DNA from: an uncultured Burkholderiales bacterium
Lineage (GTDB): Bacteria; Bacteroidota; Bacteroidia; UBA8524
NCBI GenBank assembly: GCA_964620355.1
Contig: CAZUIT010000004.1
Span: 45,652 to 109,651 of the forward strand
Direction of reading: 5' to 3'
Length of the DNA: 64,000 bases
Shown here piece after piece: positions 9,151 through 19,016 of the stretch (within the stretch, counting starts at the first letter, position 1; the number at the start of each line of letters is the position of its first letter). A program made the translations under genes and the position numbers. Below the pieces are notes generated by a model. That model was not told where the DNA came from, did not search any database, and saw only the letters and a list, made by a program, of their open reading frames with translations.

Positions 9151-11556
9151 ATGAACGTCAAACGGCTAATCCTACCATTTCTCCTTAGCTTTTTATTTAC
9201 CAATCTCTATTCTCAAACGACGCTTTATGCAGGTGATGTTGCCTTCATATCCATGCACCAGGCTCCTACAGGTGCAGATACATTTGCCATAGTATTACTC
9301 ACGGATATTGCCCAAGGTACACAGATTGGTTTTACAGATGGATGCTGGAAGGATGCCAATGGCTATCATATATTCACTTCTAATATGCTCGAGTGGTATT
9401 TCGTGTGGGAAGCTCCAACTGGTGGATTAAAAAAAGGCACAATTATCAAGTATTATTCATCAGCCACAGGAAATACAACCCATGGAACCACTGGCTTGGC
9501 ATCGATAGGAAGCGTTATTCGTGGTAAAGGGTTGAGCTCTAATGCGAATGGGGATCAAATATTCGCCTTTCAAGGCATCAATTCAATCGATACAACGACG
9601 AATTACCGTTTAGAAGTAACCCGACATTTGGCTGGGATTCACATGAATTTTATTTCAATAACCGGTGACGCGAACTGGGATGGTGCTTCTTCAGCGCCTG
9701 GACTGATTCAGTCTGAATTGCCCGATTCACTCGTCAATGGGGTGAGCGCTATTCGATTGGATTCGAGCAATGTAAAAAGACATAATGCTACCATGACGAG
9801 CAATATCCTCAGTCTGGATAAAACCGTAATCAATAATAAGGCGAACTGGACGGTGAGCAACACTCCTGAAATACCTGCCGTTCCCTTGCGGGCAACCTGG
9901 AACGGGACGGCTTGGGATGGCACAACCTCATCGAGCATGGATGCCATCATAAATTCAAATACAACGCCTGGAAGCTTTAGTGCTAAAAGTGTCAGGATAG
10001 ATGCGGGTTTTGAACTCGCTTTAGGAAGCGGAACAGTTACTATTTATGGTGATCTTTTGAATGCTGGAAATGGCGTAACGGGAAGCGGAAACTTGGTGTT
10101 TAGCAAAAACGGGACTTCCTCTCTTTTAACCAATTCTATTGAATTAAGTGGGGTTTTAGAAGTGACAAGTGGTTGTACTTTAACTACGAATGGTTTTCTG
10201 ACTTTGGCAGCAAGCTCAAGTACAAGTTATGGACAGGTTTCCCCAAACACGGCGGGTTCCATCTCGGGAAATGTCACTGTTCAAAAAGAAATGGGCAGTG
10301 TTTCAGCAGGCTGGAGACAGTATTCTTTTCCGGTTTCATCGCCAAGTGCTATTTCAAATGCACCTGTTTTTTTTATCAGCCATAGCCCAACAGCGCAAAG
10401 AAATGTCTTTTATTGGGATGCGACGGATGCAGGTTCTGGTGATGCCATCGGTTGGACATCTCCAGCAGACTTTTCTTCATCGGTATCAAAAGGTTATTCT
10501 ATCTATCATGATAACAGCAATTCCGTACATACGCTAGCAAGTTCCATTTCAGTTACCGGAATAGTAAATCTTGGCACACAGTCATCGATTAGCATTCCAA
10601 ATACGTATGACCCGGCCAATACGGGTAATTCAAGTTACCAAGGATGGTCTCTTGTAGGGAATCCATATCCATTTAACCTCGACATCGCAGAACTGGTTGC
10701 AAGTGGAGGGTTTGGTTCTGGAAATAAAAGTGTTCAAATATGGAATGGAACAAACTTTACCGGATTAAATACCGGAATCATTTCTCCCTTTCAGGCATTT
10801 TGGGTGAAAGCAGATGGCAGTTCACAAACCATTCAGTTGACCAATGCATCTGGTACGAATTCAACGGCAACTGCTTATATGAAAAATGAAAGAAACATTT
10901 TCCGATTGCGCATTGAAGATAGCGCGAATAGATTTGATGAGATGAGCATTCATTTTGAGTCTGAGGCGACCAATGACTATGAAGGCAGCTGGGATATCCC
11001 CAAGTTCAAATCCACCCGCATGGATGTTCCAAACCTCTATTCGAATGCAAACGGGGTTGCAGTAAGTCAGAATGCCTTGCCGCTGCAAATGGAATACAGC
11101 ATACCCGTATTTCTAGAATCTCAAGTAGATGGAATTGGTTATGTTTTTAGTGCAATAACTGACGACTACTCCTTGCAATTACCTGTGTCACTTGAAGATA
11201 AAAAAACAGGAGTGATTCATAATCTAGGACTTTCAGCTTATTCATTTATTCATGACCGCAGCTTTTCAACAGACCGCTTTACCCTGCATTTTGGAAATTC
11301 AACTCCTTCAAGCGTCCAAGTTCTGACCCTTACTCAACCAAATGTATATGTGGATGGAGCAAGTTTCATGGTTGATCTACAGGAGCTATCCGGAACGGCG
11401 AGTATTGAGGTTGTTGATCTTTTGGGCAGGATTTGGTATTCATCCATCTTGCAACAAGGCAAACAAGAAATTCCGCTCTCAGAAAATGCAAAAGGACTGT
11501 TAATTGTGAAGATTCTTAACGGAAGCCAAATCAATAGTTTTCGGGTATTCAAATAA
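9151..11556 (+). CDS. Secreted Ser/Thr/Asn/Gly-rich protein with a T9SS type-A C-terminal sorting domain
   Basis: Signal peptide MNVKRLILPFLLSFLFTNLYSQ. The C-terminus GLLIVKILNGSQINSFRVFK is a typical Por/T9SS CTD. Confidence 0.7.
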   Translation: MNVKRLILPFLLSFLFTNLYSQTTLYAGDVAFISMHQAPTGADTFAIVLLTDIAQGTQIGFTDGCWKDANGYHIFTSNMLEWYFVWEAPTGGLKKGTIIKYYSSATGNTTHGTTGLASIGSVIRGKGLSSNANGDQIFAFQGINSIDTTTNYRLEVTRHLAGIHMNFISITGDANWDGASSAPGLIQSELPDSLVNGVSAIRLDSSNVKRHNATMTSNILSLDKTVINNKANWTVSNTPEIPAVPLRATWNGTAWDGTTSSSMDAIINSNTTPGSFSAKSVRIDAGFELALGSGTVTIYGDLLNAGNGVTGSGNLVFSKNGTSSLLTNSIELSGVLEVTSGCTLTTNGFLTLAASSSTSYGQVSPNTAGSISGNVTVQKEMGSVSAGWRQYSFPVSSPSAISNAPVFFISHSPTAQRNVFYWDATDAGSGDAIGWTSPADFSSSVSKGYSIYHDNSNSVHTLASSISVTGIVNLGTQSSISIPNTYDPANTGNSSYQGWSLVGNPYPFNLDIAELVASGGFGSGNKSVQIWNGTNFTGLNTGIISPFQAFWVKADGSSQTIQLTNASGTNSTATAYMKNERNIFRLRIEDSANRFDEMSIHFESEATNDYEGSWDIPKFKSTRMDVPNLYSNANGVAVSQNALPLQMEYSIPVFLESQVDGIGYVFSAITDDYSLQLPVSLEDKKTGVIHNLGLSAYSFIHDRSFSTDRFTLHFGNSTPSSVQVLTLTQPNVYVDGASFMVDLQELSGTASIEVVDLLGRIWYSSILQQGKQEIPLSENAKGLLIVKILNGSQINSFRVFK

Positions 11557-11563
11557 ATTCTGG

Positions 11564-13168
11564 CTAATGGAAAAGCACCACCTTTTGTGTGCTTTTCATA
11601 CTTGCCGAACGCAACACGACAAGCACCATAGTATTTCCATGAAGTATGGCTGATTCGATGCGGTGGCTTTCTGCTCCTGGACTGAGGTTTGTCAATGTGT
11701 GAGCATAAAGTAATTTTCCTTGCATGTCGAATACTTCCACAACAATTGGCTCTGCAGTTAATGCATTGAAATGTAAGTCAAGCTTATTTTTTGCTGGATT
11801 AGGAAGAACCTGCAATCCAAAACTTTTATAGCTTTCATTGTTCAGCTGTTCCATCCCAGTTTTTACCCCTTTAATGAGGCTGATTTTATAGATCGTTGGA
11901 CTGGCGCTACTTTCATTTCCTGTATTGATGAAAAAGATATTCTTCGCTGTACTCTGAATGCCACCGACCATATAGCCAATCAACGTAGTGTCGGCAGTCA
12001 AATCATCATACTTAAGTACGCCATTACCGAATTCGGGTAAATTATCTGCTGGAATAAATTCAGCACTTGCACCTAGATAATCGGGTAGCTCAATGCCCAT
12101 ATTATATTCCTTGAGCAGGCCATTTTGGTCCATGGTAACGCGAGATATACTTTTTACAAAGGGAACATTATCATCCTTTACTAGGGTTCCTGCACTGTCG
12201 TAATATTGGCTTATCCCTCCCAAGAAGAGGGTATGCATGGCCTTGTTATTTTCAGAATACAAGGGGATATGGGCACAATGGTATTGTTGGTAATATTGAG
12301 AAAAGGAATTCTCTAAACGGTACGACTGGCTGTCGATCACTACAGCAGTAAGAAATGGCAAGTCGGCTTGGACCTGAAAAACACCAGAGAACGCAATAAG
12401 TCCTTCTCCTCCATTCGGGAAGATTTGGGGCACCACATTATAGTCGCGGCGATGAAACACCGCTGGGTCAAAATCTTCAGCCAAGAAGTTTACACTTAGA
12501 TTAGTTCCATCATCTGATAGCGTAAATTTTCGATCAGCATTGGTATAGGTTTGGGTATAGCTGGCATGGCCCATTGGATTATAGCGTCCATCAAAACGCT
12601 GTCCTCCCGTTAAATGATAGACACCGTTAAGCTCATTTAGATATCCTCCAGTTACAGCGAAATTGGTATCGCTAATCTGACGGAAATCGTTCTGGATAGA
12701 TTGGCCATTTACCACATGATTCAGCAAAGAAGGCAGATGAATGGCACTCATAACCGCATGAGTGATATGAGTACCTTTGGTCATGCTATAACCATAGCCT
12801 CCGACCACATACAGAAAACTATCCGCTTGAATAAATTCCATATTGGTAGAGAGTAACTGCTCTTGAATAGAGATGGCAAGGGTGCTGATGGAAGCGGTCC
12901 AAACTTGTGCTGTTATTGGGTCGACCACGGTAATGAAATCATTTTGTCCAGCCTGGTCAAAGGATGCATTGGCTTGGCGCTTATGTAGGCCGTCCGTCCG
13001 TCCGCCAAGCAGAATCCATTTGCCCTCGTATTTAGCCCAAGCGTAGGATTGAATTCCAGGCATATTAGAAATGCTCATTGGTTCAACGGTCAACGTAAAA
13101 TCCTGAGCCAATAGTCCGGTTGGAAGAAGGAAAAGAAGGGAGATAAAAATGAAGGGTAGTTGTTTCAT
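11564..13168 (-). CDS. Secreted protein, possibly a beta-propeller, with a T9SS type-A C-terminal sorting domain
   Basis: Signal peptide MKQLPFIFISLLFLLPTGLLAQ. The C-terminal approximately 80 aa resemble a T9SS CTD and end VVLFH. Confidence 0.65.
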   Translation of the reverse strand: MKQLPFIFISLLFLLPTGLLAQDFTLTVEPMSISNMPGIQSYAWAKYEGKWILLGGRTDGLHKRQANASFDQAGQNDFITVVDPITAQVWTASISTLAISIQEQLLSTNMEFIQADSFLYVVGGYGYSMTKGTHITHAVMSAIHLPSLLNHVVNGQSIQNDFRQISDTNFAVTGGYLNELNGVYHLTGGQRFDGRYNPMGHASYTQTYTNADRKFTLSDDGTNLSVNFLAEDFDPAVFHRRDYNVVPQIFPNGGEGLIAFSGVFQVQADLPFLTAVVIDSQSYRLENSFSQYYQQYHCAHIPLYSENNKAMHTLFLGGISQYYDSAGTLVKDDNVPFVKSISRVTMDQNGLLKEYNMGIELPDYLGASAEFIPADNLPEFGNGVLKYDDLTADTTLIGYMVGGIQSTAKNIFFINTGNESSASPTIYKISLIKGVKTGMEQLNNESYKSFGLQVLPNPAKNKLDLHFNALTAEPIVVEVFDMQGKLLYAHTLTNLSPGAESHRIESAILHGNTMVLVVLRSASMKSTQKVVLFH

Positions 13169-13235
13169 TACTTGCGAGTTATAGGTGCAAGGTCCCTCCT
13201 TTTGGGTATTAATTTAGTGACCCAAGTCACTTAAG

Positions 13236-13952
13236 TTAGTTTATTCTGATGCTCTCAGGATTCTGGATAAACACCAATAAGAGAATAGCCGAAACAAAGG
13301 CGCAAAAGGCCAAGAATTGAAAAAGCGTGTTCCGAGCGATTCGTAGTCGAGTTGGATTTGGGGTAAATACCCGGGCATCACCAATAAAAACAAGTAGTAG
13401 AAAAAGAAAAGCTGGATAAATATCAGTATCAAAGCCAGTAATAAGATAGAGAAAATCATTGAGAATGGTTAGGCTTATGAGAGTAGACGAACACAAATAA
13501 ATGGAACTTATCATATGTTCTGGAAACCCAATCTTTAGGCGCGGCATGCCTAGTAAAGAGCATAGAGACAAGGCCGGTATAAAAAATAGCAGAAAGGAAA
13601 CTTGGGCACTTATATTATCCGTGTCGAAGGTAAGTCCAACTAATGTTTTGTCAACAAAGGTTATATGCAATCCAGCTACAGTCACGGCATAAAAAAGAAT
13701 CTTTCCTGGACTAGGATAATAATGCCTAAAGCCGTCGAAGTAGTTCTTTACTATCTTCTTCGGATCTATAATTAAACGTATGCAGGTAGCAAATACGGAT
13801 TTTTCTAAAGAAAAGAGGTTCACCAAAAGATCGCTAAGTAGCCCGATGCTTGTCAGTTTTTTCGCGTCGTATTTTTGTCCGCAATTCGGACAATAATGTC
13901 GCTCTATTTCTGTTCCACAAATTGTACATGCTTGGTCATTAAGGTTCGACAT
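13236..13952 (-). CDS. Zinc-ribbon plus polytopic membrane protein (DUF3667-like)
   Basis: N-terminal CTICG...CPNCG zinc ribbon followed by about 5 TM helices. Confidence 0.5.
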   Translation of the reverse strand: MSNLNDQACTICGTEIERHYCPNCGQKYDAKKLTSIGLLSDLLVNLFSLEKSVFATCIRLIIDPKKIVKNYFDGFRHYYPSPGKILFYAVTVAGLHITFVDKTLVGLTFDTDNISAQVSFLLFFIPALSLCSLLGMPRLKIGFPEHMISSIYLCSSTLISLTILNDFLYLITGFDTDIYPAFLFLLLVFIGDARVFTPNPTRLRIARNTLFQFLAFCAFVSAILLLVFIQNPESIRIN

Positions 13953-14125
13953 AAGAGTGAGTAGATTTAGTTTTCATTACCAAGACATCATCAATAATAG
14001 CATGCAAGGTTTGCTAGATGATTTCCATTGATATTAATTGAAAGCAAAATACATGAAACTTCGGATTATTAATTCACAGCGACTTTGCTTCTTCGATAAA
14101 TCTGAATCCTTTCTATATTCGCCCC

Positions 14126-16252
14126 ATGACCATGCAGCTTACTTCATCCATCAGTGCGCAACTCCATATATCCGAACGTCAAGTAGCGGCAACCTTGAAG
14201 CTGCTCGAAGAAGGAGCGACCATTCCATTTATCTCGCGCTATAGAAAGGAAGCGACGGGCAGTTTGGATGAGGTGGAAGTGGGTGCTATCGAAGAGGCTT
14301 GGAAGAAATTGATTGAGCTGGAAAAACGTAAAGCGACCATTCTCAAAGCGATTGAAGAGCAGGGTAAATTGACTCCCGAACTGAAAGAGAAGATTGAAGG
14401 CTGTATGGATATGATCACCCTCGAAGACCTCTATCTTCCCTATAAGCAAAAACGAAAAACCCGGGCAACAGCTGCTCGTGAAAGAGGACTTGAGCCCCTT
14501 GCAAAAATCCTTATGGCGCAAAAGGAACAGACTCCCGAATATGCCGCCAAACGTTATATTAATAAGGATGTTCCCGATGTAGAAGCCGCTCTTGCAGGCG
14601 CGCGTGATATCATTGCTGAATGGGTGAGTGAGCATGCTGCAGCTAGGGCTTCACTGCGAAAATTATTTGAAAGATCCGGACTCCTAGAAACCAAAATGGT
14701 GAAAGGAAAGGAAACAGAAGGACAGAAATACCGCGACTACTTTACCTATTCAGAGCCATTAAAACGGGCGGCATCGCATCGTATCTTAGCTATTGATAGG
14801 GCAGAGAAAGAAGGAATTCTGCGGGTAAGTGTATCCATAGAAAAGGAAAAAGCCTTGGAGCAATTAGACCGCTTTTTCATCCGAGGAAATTCGGCTTCAA
14901 CTGATCAGGTGGAGATGGCTGTTGAAGATGCCTACAAACGTTTAATGGCGCCATCTTTAGAAACGGAATTTCGTCATGCTGCTCGTGAAAAGGCCGAAGA
15001 AGAATCCATCGCCATATTTGGTGAAAATCTAAAACAGTTGCTCTTGGAAGCACCGTTGGGTAAAAAGCGATTGATGGGCATTGATCCTGGTTTTCGGACC
15101 GGCTGTAAAGTGGTTTGTATGGATGAGTATGGAAATCTCCTGCATCATACGACCATCTATCCCCACGAACCGCAAAAGCGCTGGAAAGAATCCATCGAAA
15201 TGCTTCAAGCCCTTCAGAAGAAATACCAACTACAAGGTGCAGCTATCGGAAACGGAACGGCAGGAAGAGAATCAGAAAGCTTGGTGAAAGAAGCCTTTGC
15301 TGAGCATCAAGATTTTACCATATTCTTAGTTAGCGAATCAGGTGCCTCCATCTATTCGGCCTCCGAAATTGCGCGTGAAGAATTCCCTGATTTAGACCTC
15401 ACCATCCGTGGGGCCATATCCATAGGCAGACGTTTACTCGACCCTTTGGCGGAACTCGTAAAAATCGACCCGAAAAGCATCGGTGTCGGACAGTACCAGC
15501 ACGATGTTAACCAAGAACGGCTTCGCCAAGTATTGGAGCGTGTCGTTGTAAGCGCCGTAAATCAGGTGGGTGTGAATCTGAATACCGCTTCTCCTTGGTT
15601 GCTGCGTTATGTATCGGGTATTGGTCCAACGCTATCTGATAAGATTGTGAAGCACCGCCAAGGAATAGGAGCCTTTAAGTCGCGGAAAGAGTTATTGAAG
15701 GTAGCAGGACTTGGTCCCAAAGCCTTCGAACAAGCCGCTGGGTTTTTACGAATCCCTGATGCAAAGAACCCATTGGATAACTCGGCAGTGCATCCTGAAG
15801 CCTATCCTGTTGTCGAGAAAATGGCCAATGAGGTGAAAAAGCCCGTAGCGGATTTAATCGGACAAGAAGCCTGGCAAAAAGGACTTCACCTCGAATCTTT
15901 TGTGACTTCCTCCATTGGTTTACCCACCTTAACAGATATCCTGCAAGAACTCCTCAAACCTGGATTAGACCCAAGGGGAGAGGCTGAGGTATTTGCCTAT
16001 GATGCTCGAATCCGCGATATCAAGGATTTGCAAGTCGGCATGAAACTCCCCGGCATCATCACCAATATGGCCAAGTTTGGTGCCTTTGTCGATCTCGGAA
16101 TCAAAGAAAACGGTTTGCTCCATGTCTCTCAAATCAGCGATACTTTTATCAAGGACCCAGCGGAGGTATTACATATCAATCAAAAGGTAATGGTTCGGGT
16201 AACGGAAATTGACCTACCGAGAAAAAGGGTAGGCTTGAGTATGAAGGGGTAG
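14126..16252 (+). CDS. tex: Transcription accessory protein Tex (YqgF/HhH/S1 domains)
   Basis: 708 aa with an N-terminus like Tex (ISRYRKEATG) and a C-terminal S1 domain. Confidence 0.9.
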   Translation: MTMQLTSSISAQLHISERQVAATLKLLEEGATIPFISRYRKEATGSLDEVEVGAIEEAWKKLIELEKRKATILKAIEEQGKLTPELKEKIEGCMDMITLEDLYLPYKQKRKTRATAARERGLEPLAKILMAQKEQTPEYAAKRYINKDVPDVEAALAGARDIIAEWVSEHAAARASLRKLFERSGLLETKMVKGKETEGQKYRDYFTYSEPLKRAASHRILAIDRAEKEGILRVSVSIEKEKALEQLDRFFIRGNSASTDQVEMAVEDAYKRLMAPSLETEFRHAAREKAEEESIAIFGENLKQLLLEAPLGKKRLMGIDPGFRTGCKVVCMDEYGNLLHHTTIYPHEPQKRWKESIEMLQALQKKYQLQGAAIGNGTAGRESESLVKEAFAEHQDFTIFLVSESGASIYSASEIAREEFPDLDLTIRGAISIGRRLLDPLAELVKIDPKSIGVGQYQHDVNQERLRQVLERVVVSAVNQVGVNLNTASPWLLRYVSGIGPTLSDKIVKHRQGIGAFKSRKELLKVAGLGPKAFEQAAGFLRIPDAKNPLDNSAVHPEAYPVVEKMANEVKKPVADLIGQEAWQKGLHLESFVTSSIGLPTLTDILQELLKPGLDPRGEAEVFAYDARIRDIKDLQVGMKLPGIITNMAKFGAFVDLGIKENGLLHVSQISDTFIKDPAEVLHINQKVMVRVTEIDLPRKRVGLSMKG

Positions 16253-16317
16253 CTATTGTCTTGTAGCTAACGGCCTATTCCAATAATCCTATATTTGAAC
16301 CGAAACCTTAAACAACC

Positions 16318-17100
16318 GTGATAAATCCTCAATTCACTCTATTCAGTGTCTACTACAAGCCCTTTTATATTCCTGAGGTATCCTATGTACATCCCATTCA
16401 TGCAGGTAGGGCTATTCATGATGGCTTTGGGATTGAAGGCGATGATACGGGGGAGAATATCTCTCACCTAAATGATACCTGGGTGGAGTTGACCGCCTTG
16501 TATTATATCTGGAAGAACTATTCGAAGGAGCAGGTGCCCTATTTGGGTTTGGTGCATTATAGACGCTATTTTACTCTTCCCCTCAGTTTGAATCCTTTTA
16601 AACGGATGTATTATCTGAAGGCGTCAAAAGAAACCTACGAGCGCGTATTGAGTCCGAAATTGGAGGCTTATATCGCTAAACAGTTAGGAGATGGTAAAAT
16701 CATTTTGCCAAAGCGCTATCGGATGATTAAACTAAAAAAATGGAGTGCTAAACAGCAGTACGCACGCGACCATCATGCTGAGGATTGGAACCTGGCCGAA
16801 AAAGCGGTGAAATCTCTTTACCCCGAATATGCAGAAAGTTTTGATCGATTCGCAGGCGGATTAAGCCTCTGTGTGTTTAATATAATGATCGCCAGCTGGG
16901 GGTTTTGGGACGGCTATTGCACTTGGCTATTTCGCATTCTCGATGAAGTTAATAAAGAATACGTGCCTAAGGAAGACCCCAACCAGCGTAGAGTATTTGG
17001 CTTTCTATCGGAAAGACTATTGAATGTTTACGTGCTTCATCAGCAGCAGAACCATGGACAGAAAATCAAATACATGTCCGTGGCCCACTTTTCTGAGTAG
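16318..17100 (+). CDS. DUF4422 family protein (glycosyltransferase-like, often found in polysaccharide loci)
   Basis: Motifs YYKPF...PIHAG...GDDTGENIS...ELTALYYIWKN...GLVHYRRYF match the DUF4422 consensus as I recall it. Confidence 0.55.
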   Translation: MINPQFTLFSVYYKPFYIPEVSYVHPIHAGRAIHDGFGIEGDDTGENISHLNDTWVELTALYYIWKNYSKEQVPYLGLVHYRRYFTLPLSLNPFKRMYYLKASKETYERVLSPKLEAYIAKQLGDGKIILPKRYRMIKLKKWSAKQQYARDHHAEDWNLAEKAVKSLYPEYAESFDRFAGGLSLCVFNIMIASWGFWDGYCTWLFRILDEVNKEYVPKEDPNQRRVFGFLSERLLNVYVLHQQQNHGQKIKYMSVAHFSE

Positions 17101-17296
17101 CTTTCCATTCATGTAAGCTGTAAAATTGGAGTGACTAAAAAAGGTGTTGGGTTACGGGTTAGCGCATTTTATGTTAAGGGGCTCAATTATCTCGGTCTTC
17201 AAAATCTCTGTCCTTTCCTGAACGTTGAATTGCCAAATAAATAATCGCTCCTATGACTACGGCGAAAATCACTCCTTGTATGATGAAGAACATAGC

Positions 17297-17611
17297 TTAT
17301 TTCAATTTAACAGCTGTTCCAAATGCCAATATCTCGGCACAGCCCTGCATTATCATGGCGGTGGTAAAGCGTACATTCACCACGGCATCAGCACCAAGTT
17401 TTTGGGCGTCAGTGGTCATACGTTGCAAAGCTTGTTCGCGAGCATCAGCTTGAAGCTTGGTATACTCCTCAATTTCCCCTCCTACAATATTTTTTAGTCC
17501 AGCAAAAATGTCGCGGCCAATGTTTCGTGCTCTCACTGTACTGCCGCGAACAAGGCCCAATGATTCCGCTATTTCGCGCCCAGCAATTTGTTCTGTGTTG
17601 ACTATTATCAT
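17297..17611 (-). CDS. ybjQ: YbjQ/UPF0145 (DUF74) family protein
   Basis: 104 aa. MIIVNTEQIAGREI...GGEIEEYT...ADAVVNVRF is the canonical YbjQ fold sequence. Confidence 0.8.
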   Translation of the reverse strand: MIIVNTEQIAGREIAESLGLVRGSTVRARNIGRDIFAGLKNIVGGEIEEYTKLQADAREQALQRMTTDAQKLGADAVVNVRFTTAMIMQGCAEILAFGTAVKLK

Positions 17612-17953
17612 GTGTCTAATTTAAACAATTGATGATTCAAGTTTAAGCATATTCGGTAAACACCCAAGAATCTAAGGTAGAGTGATCTGTGGCGCTTGGT
17701 GCTCCAAGGTAACACGACATCTTGCACCACAAATTTCCAAAAAGGAAGTTTCAAATTCCAATAGTGACCGACTTGGAAGTGGTACGCTTAATTAAGAATG
17801 GAAGGCTTAGAGCTTTTTTCAATATAGTTTGCTCACGCCTTGTCATGCAGGTGGTGTATTGACTTTTGGATTTTGAAATTTGGAACTTATCGAAGATCCC
17901 TTGTCATTTTGACGAATTTTTTCTATAACTTTAATCTGCCAAACTGTATTATA

Positions 17954-18412
17954 ATGAACGTACTGACTCACCATTTACTCGAGTCTGCAAACTACCGTTT
18001 TCAAAAAGTGGTAGAAGAAGCAGATGCCAGTTTTTCTTCATTTTCTTTAGGTCATGATACCCGAAGTGCCTTAGAAATCATTAATCACCTCGTTAATGTA
18101 CTTGCCAATGCTGATGCCATCTTGCGTGAGACGGATAGAGTAGAGTGGCATACGTATAATTGGGAACAAGGAAAGCAGCAATTCAAGTTTGTTATTCAAG
18201 GCTTGCAAGATTTCTTAGATCAAAATGAGGTTGAAGAAGGAATGATGGAACTGATGATTCATGGTCCACTGAGCGATGTATTTGGTCATATTGGTCAACT
18301 TGCCATGATGCGCAGAGTTAGCGGTAAGCCAATGAATCGTGTGAATTACATGAAGGCTCCTGTTGGTCTAAGGAATCCAGCAGAAATAAAGGCAAGGCGG
18401 GTTAGCGGCTGA
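17954..18412 (+). CDS. DinB/YfiT-like (DinB_2 superfamily) metal-dependent protein, hypothetical
   Basis: An N-terminal THHLLES motif and a C-terminal FGHIGQLAMMRR motif resemble the His triad of DinB_2. The start is trimmed to MNVLTHH. The printed sequence and the ORF track disagree by 1 nt near 17940, so the start coordinate is approximate. Confidence 0.4.
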   Translation: MNVLTHHLLESANYRFQKVVEEADASFSSFSLGHDTRSALEIINHLVNVLANADAILRETDRVEWHTYNWEQGKQQFKFVIQGLQDFLDQNEVEEGMMELMIHGPLSDVFGHIGQLAMMRRVSGKPMNRVNYMKAPVGLRNPAEIKARRVSG

Positions 18413-18578
18413 GTTTATGCTAGCTGTTTTGAGGCAACATTATCGGCTTAAGTTCCAATAAATAAATTCCAAATTCCAATTGGGTATAAATAGCATTGGA
18501 ATTTGGAGCTTGGAATTTTCATAGGATTGATACGTATGCTTGTTTTATTATTACAATTCTTTTCTTCTCCTTTGCACT

Positions 18579-18962
18579 GTGAAAGAACTCAAAAAATATT
18601 TCCTACTTCCCGTGGATCCGGAGATGGTCTATGCTGCACTCACCCGTGAAGCTACAATCCAGTTATGGACAGGCGCGCACGCCGAAATGTCTGGCGAAGT
18701 TGGCTCTGAATTCTCCATGTGGGATGATGATATTGTCGGAAAAATTCTTGAGCTCGAACCCGGAAAGAAGATTGTTCAAGAGTGGTATTTCGGTGAGGAA
18801 GAAGATTCGATCGTCACCATCACATTACATCCCCATAAAAAAGGAACCTCTATCGAAATTCGCCAAACAGGCATTCCCGAGGAGCATTTTGAAAATATCG
18901 AAGAAGGTTGGGATGAAGTTTACATGGCTTCCCTGATTGATTTCTTTGATGAAGATGTTTAA
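18579..18962 (+). CDS. SRPBCC-fold protein of the Activator-of-Hsp90-ATPase (AHSA1) family
   Basis: Motifs PVDPEMVYAALTREATIQLW...IEIRQTGIPEE fit AHSA1/SRPBCC. The likely start is GTG at 18579, because the track's upstream residues MFYYYNSF look non-coding. Confidence 0.6.
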   Translation: MKELKKYFLLPVDPEMVYAALTREATIQLWTGAHAEMSGEVGSEFSMWDDDIVGKILELEPGKKIVQEWYFGEEEDSIVTITLHPHKKGTSIEIRQTGIPEEHFENIEEGWDEVYMASLIDFFDEDV

Positions 18963-19016
18963 GGTTGAGGTTGAGGCTAAGGTTGAGGCATTTTCTTTAA
19001 GCCCTAACTCCTTTTT

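Noticed and set aside
17225-17497. + strand ORFs 17225..17497 and 17253..17453 opposite ybjQ
   Set aside because: They are antisense to a conserved gene and low-complexity. The minus-strand micro-ORF and ybjQ explain this region better.
17930-17956. Apparent one-nucleotide disagreement between the printed sequence (in-frame TAA at 17951-17953) and the ORF-track translation (..NLPNCIIMNV..) of 17840..18412
   Set aside because: This is probably my reading error or a display artefact. I did not call a frameshift or pseudogene. The start coordinate of the DinB-like gene is therefore given as approximate.
18963-18990. Tandem hexamer GGTTGAG x3-4 right after the AHSA1-like gene
   Set aside because: Too short to be a meaningful repeat array, and too few, irregular units for a CRISPR array or any other regular repeat array. 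It is most likely low-complexity spacer sequence.
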